From Camelus dromedarius (Eukaryota), in assembly GCF_036321535.1 (NCBI RefSeq), contig NC_087436.1, forward strand, positions 32,056,001-32,120,000: a stretch of DNA of 64,000 nucleotides, written 5' to 3'. A model generated the notes under the pieces. The model made no database searches. It saw only the letters and a program-made list of their open reading frames with translations, and was not told where the DNA came from. Positions within the stretch are counted from its first letter, which is position 1; the number at the start of each line of letters is the position of its first letter. Below are positions 26,023 through 39,149 of the stretch, one piece after another. Made by a program: the position numbers and the translations under genes.

Positions 26023-27608
26023 TTTGAATTCTCATTTGGGCTTCTATTGAGAAATGGGCAGAAGTCACATCACAAAATAAACACTCCTGAATGGAAACTA
26101 CATTAAATAGGAACTAACCTAAAACAATGTCCTGGTCACCTTTGAAAAGATTATCATGCTAATTAATAAAGAGCAGGATTTTGTATTGTTTTGTTTTCAG
26201 AAAGGGGGGACTCTAGAAGTGTACAGTATAAAATATATTTAGCTCTTCCAGAAGAAATAAAGATTGGTTGATTAAATTCTAAATAGAAAAATTTCTCTTT
26301 GATACTTCAGACTTAACAATGAACAGTATCTGTAGTACTTCCAAACTGCCAGTGTGGGAAACACAGGCCAATCCATTTCAGTCTCTTTTGGGATGTAGGA
26401 CACGTAGCGATAGATCAAAATAATCACATGCTGTGAAGTGGTCCACCTAAATGAGCAAACCTACACTTTGCAAACATACCAGATTGGCCATTTTTTAAAA
26501 ACTCTTGTTTAGAGGACTCAGTGCCTACTATTAGGCATTCAACAAATACTGGTCAAATGGAATGAATGAATCCATCAATTAACACTTGGACTGAAGCAAT
26601 TTCTACATTGGGGTGCGTATTTTGAATGTTTTCTTCATCAGACATGATCTGAAACATTCTAATTTTGAATGAAACAAGTCAAATCTTGTTTCTGTAACCC
26701 ACAAAGTCAGTTACGACCTAAAAATGTTGATTCAGACTTCAAAAAAATGAGCACCAAGGTAGATCATATTTTCCTCTGTGGAGAAGATCGAAGCTTGTCA
26801 AAGACAATCCTCAAGGCTCTTCCCAATCCCCCTCCAGCCCAGGGATGCAAAATCCCTTACGAGGGAAACTATAATGAAGAGAAGCACAATGATACCAGGT
26901 AATCTACTTGCTCTAAATTAAGGTGAAATGAAACCCTGAACTCCTCAAAGAGGAGCAAACCCATTTGGAGGCACAACAGATAAGGTGTCAAGGAAGTTTG
27001 CATAAAAGAGCCATCTCTCTTACTGTATAAACAAATCAACTCAAGACTCCAAGAACAAAAATGGTCTTCTTTAGGGGTGGCATTAGAGGCATAAATTTAG
27101 GCTGACTCCTGATAAAAGGGACTGATTTATTTCTTTCAGTTTTTGAAACTATAGATTAGGACTTTTCCTCTACCTCCAGGCTAAGGGGCTCTCTGCTCCC
27201 CAAGCCTACATGTTCTAGGACTTGCCTTAGCTTCTTTGCACCTGCCAGCCATTTCTCCCATAACCCTCTTAGCTTAAGTCCTGGCCATGGCTCCAATACT
27301 TCATCTAAGTACAGACAAAAGTTCCTGTCCATTTTAGAGTCACAGACCTAGTCCTCATTTCTCATGCCAAGAAAGAACACATTGCTGAAGACAGGGTTGA
27401 GAGAAGGTGTCATGTGGGTGATAACATGAGCGGAACAGAAATAGAAAATATTTTGATATTTCCTCCAGGAGCTTATGATACCTGTGAACACCTAGATTTG
27501 CAATTTTACATCCTTCTTTGTAGTTTTATACTTTAGAGGTTGAAAATGTTTCATCATGTTGGATAGAAGTGGAAGAAGGAACAATCAAGGGGCTATCATG
27601 TCATCCAA

Positions 27609-27633
27609 ACACAGACACACAGACAGACAGACA

Positions 27634-27671
<38 letters not shown>
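27609..27671 (+). repeat. (CAGA)n(CA)n compound microsatellite
   Basis: Directly visible. Confidence 0.95.
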
Positions 27672-27674
<3 letters not shown>

Positions 27675-27699
27675 TTTGCTTTAAAATGAGATATGAAAT

Positions 27700-28161
27700 T
27701 GACCCTGTGGAGCCTTCCTGGGACAGATCCCTACCCCATATCCTCTGTTTTTAGCTCCTCTCTGAAGTATCTAGATTACAGTATCTGATGCATATTTCCT
27801 GAGTTGCTTTACAGACGCTAAAACCCCCACCAAGAGATTAACTATGTGACCATGATAACATAGCCCCCAGGCCTACTGGAGCCGAAGGACTGATAACGTC
27901 AGCCTCATGACACTGCCCTGTTACCTCACCATCAACCAATCAGAGAATTGTACACATGCTGATCACATACCCTGTGACCACCCCCCTCACCTGGCCATTA
28001 AACATGCTTTGCTGAAACCCATTAGGGAGTTCAGGTTTTTTGAGCACTGACTGTCCTGAACTCCTTGTTTGGTACCTTGTAATAAGCCCTGCACTTTCCT
28101 TCACCACAACCTGGTGTCAGTAGATCGGCTTTACTGAAGACCCAAGTTTGGTTCAGTAACA
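27700..28161 (+). mobile_element. ERV1-type solo LTR
   Basis: TG...taaCA ends. Contains aaccaatcag (CCAAT), a degenerate TATA/polyA region and U5-like gacccaagtttggttcagtaaca. Flanks aaat/taat. Confidence 0.8.
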
Positions 28162-28364
28162 TAATTGTATAGTTTAAGCCTCTCTGAAACTTGTCAATCT
28201 CTTTCAATGTTTCTCCTCAGACCCTGTGACCCTATGACCTTAATACTGCATGTGGCTGCCATGCAATACATAATCATGTATCATGGAATAATCTTTTAAT
28301 TTAGGGGTGATTGAATATCCATTTTTAAATTCATTGAAGGTAGAACAAAAAAGAAACTGATTCA

Positions 28365-28705
28365 TCAGAAAGAACAGAGAATAGAGGTGGGTAGTGGGGG
28401 AAATAATGGTCAAAGGGTATAAATTTCCAGTTATAAGAGTAACAAGTGCTAGGAATCTAATGTACAGCATAGTGATTATAGCTAATAATATTGTACTATA
28501 TACTTGAAAGTTGCTAAGACAATAGATCTTCATATTATGACTACGTACATAAAAGAAATGATAATTAGGTGATGGGGTAGAGGTGTTCACTAATGCTATG
28601 GTAGTAATCATTTTGTAATACGTAAGTGTATCAAATCAACATGTTATATACACCTTAAACTTATGCAATATTATATGTCAATTATGTCTTAATAAAGCTG
28701 GGGTT
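28365..28705 (+). mobile_element. L1M (L1MA/MB-like) 3' end
   Basis: ggtcaaagggtataaatttccagttataag...ctaatgtacagcatagtgattatag...ttatatgtcaattatgtcttaataaagctg. Confidence 0.9.
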
Positions 28706-28789
28706 GGGGAGAAGAAATCAGTTTACACTATAGCAAGAAGGATTTAGGTTACTTATGAAATTTTCCAAGGGTGAGCACTTGAACCAGCA

Positions 28790-28980
28790 GCATGTGGTAC
28801 AGGTGGAAGGGAAAAGGTCCCAGATTTGAGGGGCTGGATTGGCTTTATCACATATTAGCTGTGACTTCAATCAAGCTATTTGACTTCTCTGAATTCAAGT
28901 TGTTATGAGGTTTAAATGAGATAATTTAGGAAAAGTACTTTGTACATCAAAAAGTATTTTTTGAATAGTGTTATAGTTAT
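28790..28980 (+). mobile_element. MIR SINE
   Basis: tattagctgtgacttcaatcaagctatttgacttctctga...gttgttatgaggtttaaatgagataat. Confidence 0.75.
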
Positions 28981-29489
28981 CATGACGTGAATCCAGTAAG
29001 ATAACCCAACACAATTGACCTGAGCCTTCCACTTCACCAGGAAAGAACTGCAGTGTGGGATGAGGGATGTCTACAGTTCTGTTTAGACAGGAAGAATAAG
29101 GAAAGGAAGGCCTAGCCCCAAGGATGTGACACAGTGTCAACAGACGGTAGGAGATGGTAACAGAAGGCAGCTGCATGCTTCTCCATCAGGGATGGTTTCA
29201 AGTGCGGAAAGCCGGACAAAAACAAAAAGGGGAAAACAGGAAGACTGGATGAGAAGATACTGAAAGATCACAGAGTTAACTTCAACTCAAAACTCTAAGC
29301 TAGACATACTGTAATAAAAATTAGTAAAAGGACTTCTAGGTTTGAGCTCAGAACCTTTCAGGAACCACAGTCTACAGGAGGGAGGCCAGAATACAGCCCC
29401 AATTTTCAAAGAGGGGTCTTTTCCAGAAATGATGATCAACTGAGCTTGACATAAATCCTCAGAAAATCCTAAATGGATCACTTTAAATG

Positions 29490-30055
29490 ACTATTGAGGA
29501 TAATTCTGTTACAGAACAGAGTGCAAATATTATCAACCTTGACACTGTGAAAGCAAAATTACCACTGAGAGGAGCTAGAAGGTAAAGGAGGTATTAAAAA
29601 AAAAAAAAGGCAGGAAGGGTGGGGATATCAATATCCTCATATTAAAAAGTGAATGGTCAAGAGATTAAGTCAATAGCGGATTGGTCAAGAAAAAGGCTTA
29701 AGTACATTATTTTGAGTTACTAAAGTAACCTTTAGAAGAACTAAAAATAGTGATATAATTATATTACAGAAAGGAAGAAAGATGCGGGTGATGAATGAAC
29801 TAAATTCTCATCTACCATAGCAGGATGTCTACAGCAGATGAATCAAGAATTGATAGGAAGTGTGTTTTTAGAGATAAGGGGGTAACACCGAAAGAACTAA
29901 AAGTAGAAATGGGTAAAGGAGGGGACTTGTGAGAAGTGAGGAGTGGGATGGAGTAATGATACTTCTCAGTATTAACTCTTCCACACTATCTAATTTTTTT
30001 AAATTTAAACCATGTTCATGGATTACTTACATTTTTTAAAAAATTATTTTTAAAA
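29490..30055 (+). mobile_element. Old L1M (L1ME/MC-like) 3' region
   Basis: A-rich strand with aaagtaacctttagaagaactaaaa, ending ttttttaaatttaaaccatgttcatggattact. Confidence 0.55.
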
Positions 30056-30871
30056 TGATACATGAGCAGTTTAGAAAAAGCTGCTAATCTCTAGGACCTC
30101 CTATAAACTCACTAAGAACAACTCATTCCACACTAGCCTGGATAGGATAGGAGGCTGGTAGGGAAAGATTCTATTTATTTCTTTCCACCTCACACAGTAC
30201 CCAGAATATAATATGCATTCAACAACTCTCTCTTGAATGAATGAATAAATGAACGACATCTCAGGTTTCAGCCATTAAGGTTTGAATGAAGTCTTTGTGT
30301 GTACAATGAAGGAATTCAGGTGGAGGATGGTACAATGGATGACTTGTTTGAGTGGATGTGACTTAATCTTTCCAATCCAAAAGCTCTGAAGTTGGGCATT
30401 GGCCATAATTCCAGATCTCTCCCAGTAATCACCAGCAGCCTGAGTCACTGTTACCAAAACCAGGGACTTCACTCTTCCTGCGCCCAGATATGACTCCAGC
30501 TCCACGGAAGAGTAACCAAACACCGAGGAAGAATTTTCCCTCTGTTTCTGTTGGTTGTATTTAGCAGTCACTCAACCTTCAAAAGGAGGCTTGGAGTGAG
30601 TCTTTAAAACAGCATGAAAACATTATTTTGTATTGAGCCTGATTTGAAGTAATATGGCTCACTGTAGTTTAATAATTAATCTGGCTTTGAGTTCCTTTGC
30701 TGCCAAAACATTTTGAAGGTAGGTCTCTATAGCTGAAATGGACCACTCAGACAGTTAAGTCAAGAGATAAAACACTACATCCAAATTCAGAGCAGAGTGA
30801 ATTAATTTTCCAGGTCTAGCTGGCTCTTGAATACATAACTTTGCTTAAGAAAATCCCCCAACATCTGGTTC

Positions 30872-30896
30872 TTTTTTTTTTTTTTTTTTTTTTTTT
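30872..30896 (+). repeat. Poly(T)25
   Basis: Directly visible. Confidence 0.95.
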
Positions 30897-32545
30897 CTGT
30901 GTAAGGACAAGCACAGAGAGAAGAAAGTCTGCCATCTGTTCTGAATGTAGCTAATTCATTCCTCTTAATGCTAGGTGGAAACCACAATTTTACAAGTCAC
31001 ACAAGAAAGCTTTAGAAATCATTGATGAAATAACTCTAAATATACCTTTGTTTGATACCAGACAATGTGTTCACTTTTAACTCAAAGTTTTTCTTACTCC
31101 TAAATATAATACCTTCAGTTTGAATTTAATGTGCTAGTAGATGCTTGAAAGAAAATGTAAGACCTGAGTTTCCAGGGAGGAAGTCACTTTTGAAACGGAT
31201 TTTGAGAGATGGATAAGATTTCACCAGGTAGAGTCTGGAATGGAAAATTGTTCCAGGAAAAGAATAATGTGGAGGCTTAAAAATAAATAAAAAGTAATTT
31301 CTGATAGCTATGTCAGAATGTCACTTCTGAAGCAAAATTGAGTTACCACAAATGACTCTGCTCAAATAGCTATTTATTCCCTCTCCTGCAGCCTTCCTTA
31401 ACCAGCCTTCCTGCTGCTATCCTCTCCATGAAACCACCACTCCATGAAACAAGGGCGCCACAGCAAACTGGATAGGAAGCCCCGCTTGACAAAAGCAAAG
31501 CTGACTAGCTCTCTAAAGCCAGACTTAAAAGCTCTGCCATTGATTCTTAATGTCATTTAATGATAAACGATCCTTTCCCCACAATTTGCCACTGTTGCTA
31601 AACAGAGGTCTTAACAGGGCCCTCCCACCTGCACTCTACCTTTGCAATTAGTACATCTGGTCTCTGTGCATATATTTCATGGGTGACTCACATATAAGCT
31701 AAGTGATAGGTAACCAAATTACAAGGCTATAAATACATCAACTGTTGCCTGGGAAAAAAAGCCCGAGTGGTTTATGAAGTCAGCAATATTCTGACAACTG
31801 ATCCTTACAACAGAGCTTAGTTTTCTTTCCCTCTCTCCTCCTCCCCACTTAGGTAATTTGATATTATATATGTCTCCAAGCATAAATCACATGTGAATTA
31901 TTGGAAAAGTGTAACTTGGGCCTGAAAGATTTTAATTATAGCAACATTTTTTATTCATAAGAAGACTTAGCTGGACAATCTCCAAATAATCTACGCCTAC
32001 CCAGAACATTTGTAAACAGGCAAGAACTCATGGTAGGTAAAGCAAATCTGGCCTGCACCAATTGACTTCTCTTGGTGTCATCATATTGTTTTTTCTGTCC
32101 AAGTGGGTGTTAGCTACTAAATCCTAGAAAGAAATCCACTGGGTAGGATTTCCCAAAGTGTGGAATACCAAGTTTCACATGTCAAAAGGACCAAAATTGG
32201 CGGGAGACATCATAACAATGAAGACAACCAACACTGAATGGAAATTTACAGTTAACACTTTCTATGCTCTACACACCAATATCAGAGCTATTTTTATTTA
32301 AATTTTTAAAATTCTCCTTCTCCTGTCTAAAAACTTCTATTAGCACGAAGACTAAGCATTTAATCTAAACTCCTCCAGTGTTGTTGTATGTCATGATGTA
32401 GTTCTGACTCCTCACTGAAAGGAAGAACCATGTTTTACCCATCTTTGTACTCTAAGCACCTACTGCAGAGCCTAACAGAAAACTGATGCTTATCAAATGT
32501 TTGCATTGAATAATAGAGTAAACTTAATTAAACAAGAATCTTGAA

Positions 32546-32548
<3 letters not shown>

Positions 32549-32583
<35 letters not shown>
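32549..32583 (+). repeat. (GT)n microsatellite
   Basis: Directly visible perfect run. Confidence 0.97.
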
Positions 32584-32586
<3 letters not shown>

Positions 32587-33144
32587 TGTTTAAAATTTCT
32601 GTGAGCTTCCTGTTGTTTACAGCTTAAAATCTAACCTCTTCAACATGACATAGGGGACTTATTTCAATCTGACTCCAATCTTCCCTCCTGGCATAATCTC
32701 CTGCCACTCCACCTCAGTTTGTGCTCAGCTTCTCCAATGTCAGGGCAAAGATTTGCTCTCCTCCTAGGCACATTGCCTAGACATTTATGAAATAATGATC
32801 TCACCAAGTGGAGTTTGAGTCTTGAGACATTCTCATAAAGGTCAGAAGCAGAGATAAGAGTGAGTTGTGGAGTACATGGAACAAAAGCCAGAAAACAAAG
32901 ACACTGTAAAAGAATGGGAGAAGAAATTTAGGCTAGAATATTTTTTTTTCTAAAAACTAGACCATGACTGTATGCAATGTTTACCTACCCATGGGAAAAG
33001 GGGAAGAGGGATAGATTTTGTTTGAGGAAATAAAGAATTAGAAAGTTGGTCTCAAGTTTATTGTAACAGCTGAAACAGAACTAGTTTTACAAATACACGC
33101 AGAGTCCTTCACATAGTATCTCACAAGTCAGCTATTTGATTATG

Positions 33145-33155
33145 ATGAGTCAGCA
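33145..33155 (+). promoter_or_regulatory. ARE/MARE-type motif ATGAGTCAGCA
   Basis: Matches RTGASTCAGCA (AP-1 core plus Maf GC extension). Motif only, function unshown. Confidence 0.3.
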
Positions 33156-34039
33156 CAAAGTCAACACCTTTTTCCCATTCGCCATGTTTGCTGTCACCAT
33201 TGTCACAAAGAGCACAATCTCAGTTGAGCCCAAACAGGACAAGAACCGGGGGAAGTGTGTTGCTCCACTCAACAGCAGCCTTCCTACCTGGAGCAGGCTC
33301 CCTGCACACCCAGATCCCCACACTGCAGGAACTGGCTCAGATTACCACGTAGGTGAGAAAGTGCTACTCAGCAAGTAGAGGTCAGGGCTGCAGGACCCCT
33401 GGCCTACTTACAGACAGATAAGATGCTGAGGAATCTCACTTCCTGAGGCTGAATGAGATGATCAGAAGCCAATATTTGCAGAGGGTTTTACAGGTGATTC
33501 TTCACGCCTTACCATAGCAACTTTGCCAAAGAAACAGAAGCCTAAAACGGCCAAATAACTTTCAGGGAACATGTGGCAAATCAGCAGGAAAAAGGCATTT
33601 CCCTCAGCCAATTTAGTGCTTCATCCTCAGAACCATACTGTCTCTCCTTTTAAACATGTCCCTGGTCTGTGGATTAAAATTTTTTCTTGAGAACATGGAA
33701 TGGTACAATTCCTACTTGAAGAATGTCTCCATTTCTCTGAATTACTCTCTCTCAAATCTTTTCTTGTGAAAGTTATAATGAACTCCTCTTTATAACAAGT
33801 AGGATTGGCCAAATGAGATTAGCTGCCCCAAGGGAATTATCTCTGCTTATAACAGAGACTTTCCTGTAGAATAGCAATTCTCTCCTATAGAAATGAAGTC
33901 AAGACCAAAAGAAGAGCTAGATGCAAAACAGAGTCTGGATTTCCTTTGAGGCAAATTGTATTTCTCTCTCTAGCTGCAACCAAGAATTGAAGGGGTCGGG
34001 AGGGGAGTGGCAGAAATGTATCTATATGATCATAAAATT

Positions 34040-34340
34040 TTTTAACTAAATGAAGAAACTGAGGCCCAGAGAGGTGACTGATGTGCCTCAGATAACACAG
34101 CAAGGCTCTGACTCGCCTGATTTATTGCAAGAGGAGGCAAAGCAGTGATCTCTGAAGCCAGACTCCCAGCCTGAATGCTGGTTCTGTGGCAGACCAGCTG
34201 TGTGACTTTGAGTAGGTTTCTTAAAGTCTGTTTCCACATCTGTAAAATAGGGGTGACTGATCCTCCTATGTGGGTTTTGTAAGGTATAAATGAGTGGTTA
34301 TATGATCAGTGTTCAGAATGGCAATTATTGGAACTCAGAA
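34040..34340. mobile_element. Two adjacent MIR fragments in opposite orientation
   Basis: atgaagaaactgaggcccagagagg (minus), then agctgtgtgactttgagtagg...gtttccacatctgtaaaataggg (plus). Confidence 0.8.
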
Positions 34341-35193
34341 CGCATCTATTGTTAGCCTCATTTTGGCTTAGGATCCTTTCCAAACTTATCAAACAGCAAA
34401 TCAAAAAACTGGCTGCAGGAGGGGGAAAATGCCATGGAGCTGGAAAGCAAGTTCTTCAGATGAAGCCCTTGCCATTCCAGTCTCCCTCATACCTCGTGAT
34501 CCTTTAAGGCATGCTACAGTATCTTTCCCTGTGTCTAGTTCTTTGCCAACTGGAGCTAAACACTTCTTTTTTTAACTTTTTAAAATTATGATCCTAGGAT
34601 ACATCCTCTCAGCGACAGCATTATTGGTCATGCCAGTCTGTACACGATTATCTTTTACCCAATTCGGCGAGGAATTAGCCTGTGAAGTCATACAATTCCT
34701 CAAGCCTGTCTGCCTCAAGGTGTGACAAAACTTGAGTTCAGCTGAATGCCCTGGTCTTACTTTGGGCTAGGAAAGGAAACAGAGAGCACCTCCATGAGTG
34801 ACTGCAAACAAATGAGGGTACGTCTCCTTCCCCTCATTCCAGCTTAGGAGCCCTGCAAAGGCACAACATGCACAAACAAAGTCCTGGGAGGAGACGGCAA
34901 ATTCCTGCAGTGACCTCAGGAAGGAAGTGTCTGGGTATTTCTAACATTGTGCATTAGGGATTTGGGGTGGTACTGATATAAATTTGAGAAATGCTAAAGA
35001 GTAACTGAAAGAAATAGGAGGCGATGAGGAGGCAAAATGAACAAAATGCCAGCTATGTCCACGTGCCAACGAGGAGGACGTGAGGAGGTGAGGTGTGAGG
35101 AGAAGTCTGTCACAGTGGCCAATAAACCATGAGGGCCAAATGTTTGGCTTGAATAACTCAGAATCTGTTCCCCGCCTGCAGCAGGGTTTGGCA

Positions 35194-35204
35194 GTGAGTC
35201 AGCA
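35194..35204 (+). promoter_or_regulatory. ARE/MARE-type motif GTGAGTCAGCA
   Basis: Matches RTGASTCAGCA and is followed by an AT-rich flank. Motif only. Confidence 0.3.
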
Positions 35205-35247
35205 AATCCAGCAACAGAATTTCTTTTTCAGGAGCAACAGACATTCC

Positions 35248-35251
<4 letters not shown>

Positions 35252-35300
<49 letters not shown>

Positions 35301-35310
35301 TGCACACACA
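35252..35310 (+). repeat. (CA)n microsatellite
   Basis: Directly visible. Confidence 0.97.
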
Positions 35311-35499
35311 TTGTCTCTTGCAGATATACCCTTTATCAGTAAGGAGAAAGATATATGCCATTTCATATTTCCAAAACCATGTATATCTTCAAAAATACTC
35401 ATGACCCATTTGCCAAGAAATCAAAAGGTTTACTTAAGCATCATTTTGAATATTCTACTAAGAATACACCACATGTCTTATGGTAACTTCTTTTATCCC

Positions 35500-35665
35500 T
35501 CTCCCTTTGTATAAAGCAAAACAAAAAATACAAGGATATAACCAAAATGTTAACAGTGATTATATCTTAGTTGTAAGATTACAAGGTAATTTTTCTTTTC
35601 CTTTTCTTTGTTATTTGTATTTCCTAATATGTCTTCAATAAACTTGTATTATCTTTCTAATACTT
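35500..35665 (+). mobile_element. L1ME-like 3' end
   Basis: ggatataaccaaaatgttaacagtgattatatct...ttatttgtatttccta...cttgtattatctttctaat. Confidence 0.7.
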
Positions 35666-36286
35666 AAAAGACATGTTAAAAGTAAGAACAATGTGAGCAA
35701 AAGCAAAAAATTCCCAATGAGCAGTCTTGCTGTTTTATGATGATCCCTCCAATGACACCTCACTGAACCAGCAAGTATCAACTACAGCATCCTCTAGAAA
35801 GGGTGAGACCATCAGGGAAGGGCAAAGGGAATTCAGAACAAAGGACAATTGCAGAAATGAATTCATAGTCTAGCAGGAATGCCGAAGCCAGCATGGTGAC
35901 CATTTAAGATACACTCTATCACACTGAGGAGGCTCGACGAGACATCAGTCCCCACCGGGCACATGAGGAGCAGAAGCCCCCAGAATATTGGTGGCTCCAG
36001 GTAAGCCCTCGGCAAATCAGTTGGAATTTTCCCTCTGCAAAGTTTTCACCTTATACATGAGTTTACGTGCTAATTAATTGGGTATGGACAGAGGAGAAGT
36101 CCATGTAATTGAACAGAGTGCTTTCTGATAATGTCATTTTCAAAACAAAGTCCATTTGATTCTAGGCATCTAGCAGACTACAAAACAACGGTGCACTCCA
36201 AAAGCCTTCTGCCCCATTAATGGGAAAATATCCTTAAAAGGCCCACTGGAGGGGCTCACTTGGGTTTCAAGTAACATCTTCCTCAC

Positions 36287-36348
36287 CTGCACCTGGTGTC
36301 CTCGATATTGAGGATATGGAGTTACGGCACCAGAAACTATGACTCTGC
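36287..36348 (-). other. Candidate 62-nt exon (unverified)
   Basis: Minus strand reads ctttttaaag|GCAGAGTCATAG...CACCAGGTGCAG|gtgagg. Strong donor, modest acceptor, two retained CpGs. Confidence 0.2.
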
Positions 36349-37044
36349 CTTTAAAAAGTGCAGTTGTTGCCCAGTAAACCTTCCCAGGGTTGGCTCTGAC
36401 TATTGGCACTCAACTCAGAATCATGAGTTCCCACAAACTATAAGTATTTTATATAAACTGGAGATCACACCAGCTTCAGCTGCCATGTCACAGGGTCTTT
36501 AGTGGGCCAGAGGTGACAGGAAACCTCACGTTGTCCAGTCATTTCAATAGATGTGCACCCAGCACAAGGCAGCTGGGGGTTAGTGAAGAAGCAGGGATTC
36601 ATGCAGGACTGATCCCTAATGAAGGAATGGAGGTTGGGGTGGAAGATCACAGTCCAATGGATAGTTTTTGAAATGAAAAAGGCAGATTCGGGCTCACATC
36701 AGGTGTCATATCTTAGGGATCAGGTGTCATGGATGGGTAAGAGACAACAGCTGGGCACAGGTAGAGGTTCACCTGTGACCAAGCCCCAACCTGCATCTCA
36801 AATCCAGTAGCTGGCTCTCTATCTGAATCCCCTACCTGGTATTCAAGTTTATCGAAGTCCTTAAATATCTCTGCAGCGTTTATAGTTACAATCCTGAATC
36901 CCAGACCTGAAGTGGAGGCCCCACCTCCAGCTGGCAGCCCCTTTATGCTGCACTCCAGCTTTCATTCTGCATCTCAGCGTTTCTCACAGATGCCCGTATT
37001 ATGGCTCCATTACAAACGGCAACAGGGTGAGGAACAGGCATCTG

Positions 37045-37245
37045 CACCTGGGCTTGAGCTCCAAAGACAAGCTGTGGGACCTTGGGCAAGTTACTCTCGT
37101 AAACGTCAGTTTTCTTATTCATAAAATGGCAATAATAAGAGTTTCCTCCTCCCAGGATGTTGTGTGGATTAAATGAGATAATAAATGCAAAATAGAGCAC
37201 TTGTCACATGGTAAGTGCTCAGTACATCTTAGCAATGATGATGAA
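37045..37245 (+). mobile_element. MIR SINE
   Basis: agctgtgggaccttgggcaagttac...tcagttttcttattcataaaatgg...gattaaatgagataat. Confidence 0.88.
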
Positions 37246-37315
37246 AAAGGATGAGGAAAACATGATGGAAGAAGGATCTTCTTAACACTGGCCACACGTC
37301 TGGGATTCACCATAC

Positions 37316-37551
37316 CAGATGGTTCTCAGTCGGGGGCTATTTTGCCTCCAGGGGACATCTGGCAATATCTAGAGACTTTACTGGTTGCATTAATTGAGGG
37401 CAAAGGGGAGACATGGGCGTGCTACTGACATCTAGTGGGTAGAAGTCAGGAGTGCTGCTAATCGTCCAACAACACACCACACAGTTGTCCTCCCCACATC
37501 AAAGAATTATCTGGTCCAAAATATCAATAGCGCCAAGGTTCAGAAACCCTG
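37316..37551 (+). mobile_element. MER20 hAT-Charlie MITE
   Basis: cagatggttctca...ttttgcctccaggggacatctggcaat...catctagtgggtaga...aagaattatctggtccaaaat...agaaaccctg. Confidence 0.92.
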
Positions 37552-38559
37552 CCTGCCAGTACTAGCATTTCCCGACTTCCTTCAGCCCCTGCTGGTTAAC
37601 GTGTCTCAAGTTGGTGTCTGTAGCTGATCTCTGAGACCTGATTCCTCCTAGGACCAGCCCATCCCACTGTCTCGAGAGCACCTGAGCCCCTACCCTATGG
37701 GATTCATTGTCAAATGGTCACAGGCTTCATTGGCCTGAGCCGAGTCCATAACAACAGGGGTGGGGAGAATGACCAGGCCTCCCCTCTGACCAGCAACAGG
37801 CGAGCAACTGCTTCCTGCAGGGCCGTGGCAGAGAGCCACGTGAAAACAAGCGCAGCAGCCAGAAGAGTGTTCCACCCAAACTGGCTCCTCACCAGGCCCA
37901 GACCATGAGTCACCACCACATGCTGCCACCTCTTGCCGTGACCTTTCTTTATCCCTTCATTAGCTGTAAATCTTCAGGAGCAAAACAGCAGAGAACAGAC
38001 TGGGAAGGCCCTGGCAGAATGTCGTACCTGGCAACTGCCCAAATCAAAATTCAGAGTTAAGTACCCAGTCGCTGAATGAACGCCAATCATGGCGAACCAA
38101 GGCTCCCTGGAGCCTTCCCTGCGCACCAGAGAAGTGGACAAATGGAACCCCCTCTCTTGACATAATTTAAATCGTGTGGCAGCACTGGAGCATCCTCTCC
38201 AGGAGAAGGAACAGATGTGTTTAGCAATACCCAGATGGCTGGGGACAAATTGAAGGACCTGTTTAGTGTTTGTCCATAATTCATGTTTGCACCAAACCAC
38301 ACTGCACCGCTCAAGAGATCTTCCTTGTGTCCCTGATTCCTCTTGTGTCAAATGGAATTAATATTGTCTTCCATGCAGTGTTGTGAGAAACAATTAACAA
38401 ATAACATAGGTTATTAAATACTGCTTTGGCTCAAAATAAAGCAAAACTGGATTTTTTTTTTCTGCCTTTTCAGAAGAAAACCATCATGCTGGGGAAAATG
38501 CCAGTGGATGGGCAGCTGCCTTCTGCAGGGGAATTTACTCTGCTCAGTCTCACTAGAGT

Positions 38560-38735
38560 CATCTTTCTTAGAGTGTAGTCTCACCACCTGCATCAAAAGC
38601 ACTGAGAAAGTCTGAAAACAAGCAGATTTCTGGGCCTCATCAACAACCTACTGAATTTCTGTGGATAAGGCTTTGGAAGATATCCTTTAAACAAGTTCTG
38701 AATTTGAGTTTTACACCCACTACAGTTTGAGAATT
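38560..38735. mobile_element. MER5-like hAT fragment
   Basis: cacctgcatcaaaa...gcagatttctgggcctc...acctactgaat...tttaaacaag...cagtttgagaa. Confidence 0.7.
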
Positions 38736-39149
38736 TTATAATAATGAATAAACCCTAGGACAGCACAGCCACCACCACTATTTCCAGGAGTAAGAAGGAA
38801 GACTGGGCCCTTTGCCTTCTTTTCTCTGCTGCTGTTGCTCCACTTTATGCAAGTGGAATTCCTGGACGAGACGGGACACATCCAGAATGATTCATCTGAA
38901 CTAAACTGTCCACACTTATACTTAAAATACTGACAGCAACACATTGCCATTTGCCCTTCTGATTTTTGCAATTTCTCTCAACATTTTTAAAGTTTGAAAG
39001 GAGTGAGGATTTCCCCCTTGGCTGTCCGATGCTTGCCGTCCTGAGCAAACCCCCATCTCCATCACTTGTTACCAGGAAACTAATCATAAACAGACCTGAC
39101 TCATAATCAATCAATCCCTCCTCTCCTTCCCCTCAACAATTGTTGTATT

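Noticed and set aside
34040..34260. Hairpin or miRNA from opposed MIR fragments
   Set aside because: The arms are too diverged to give extended complementarity by eye.
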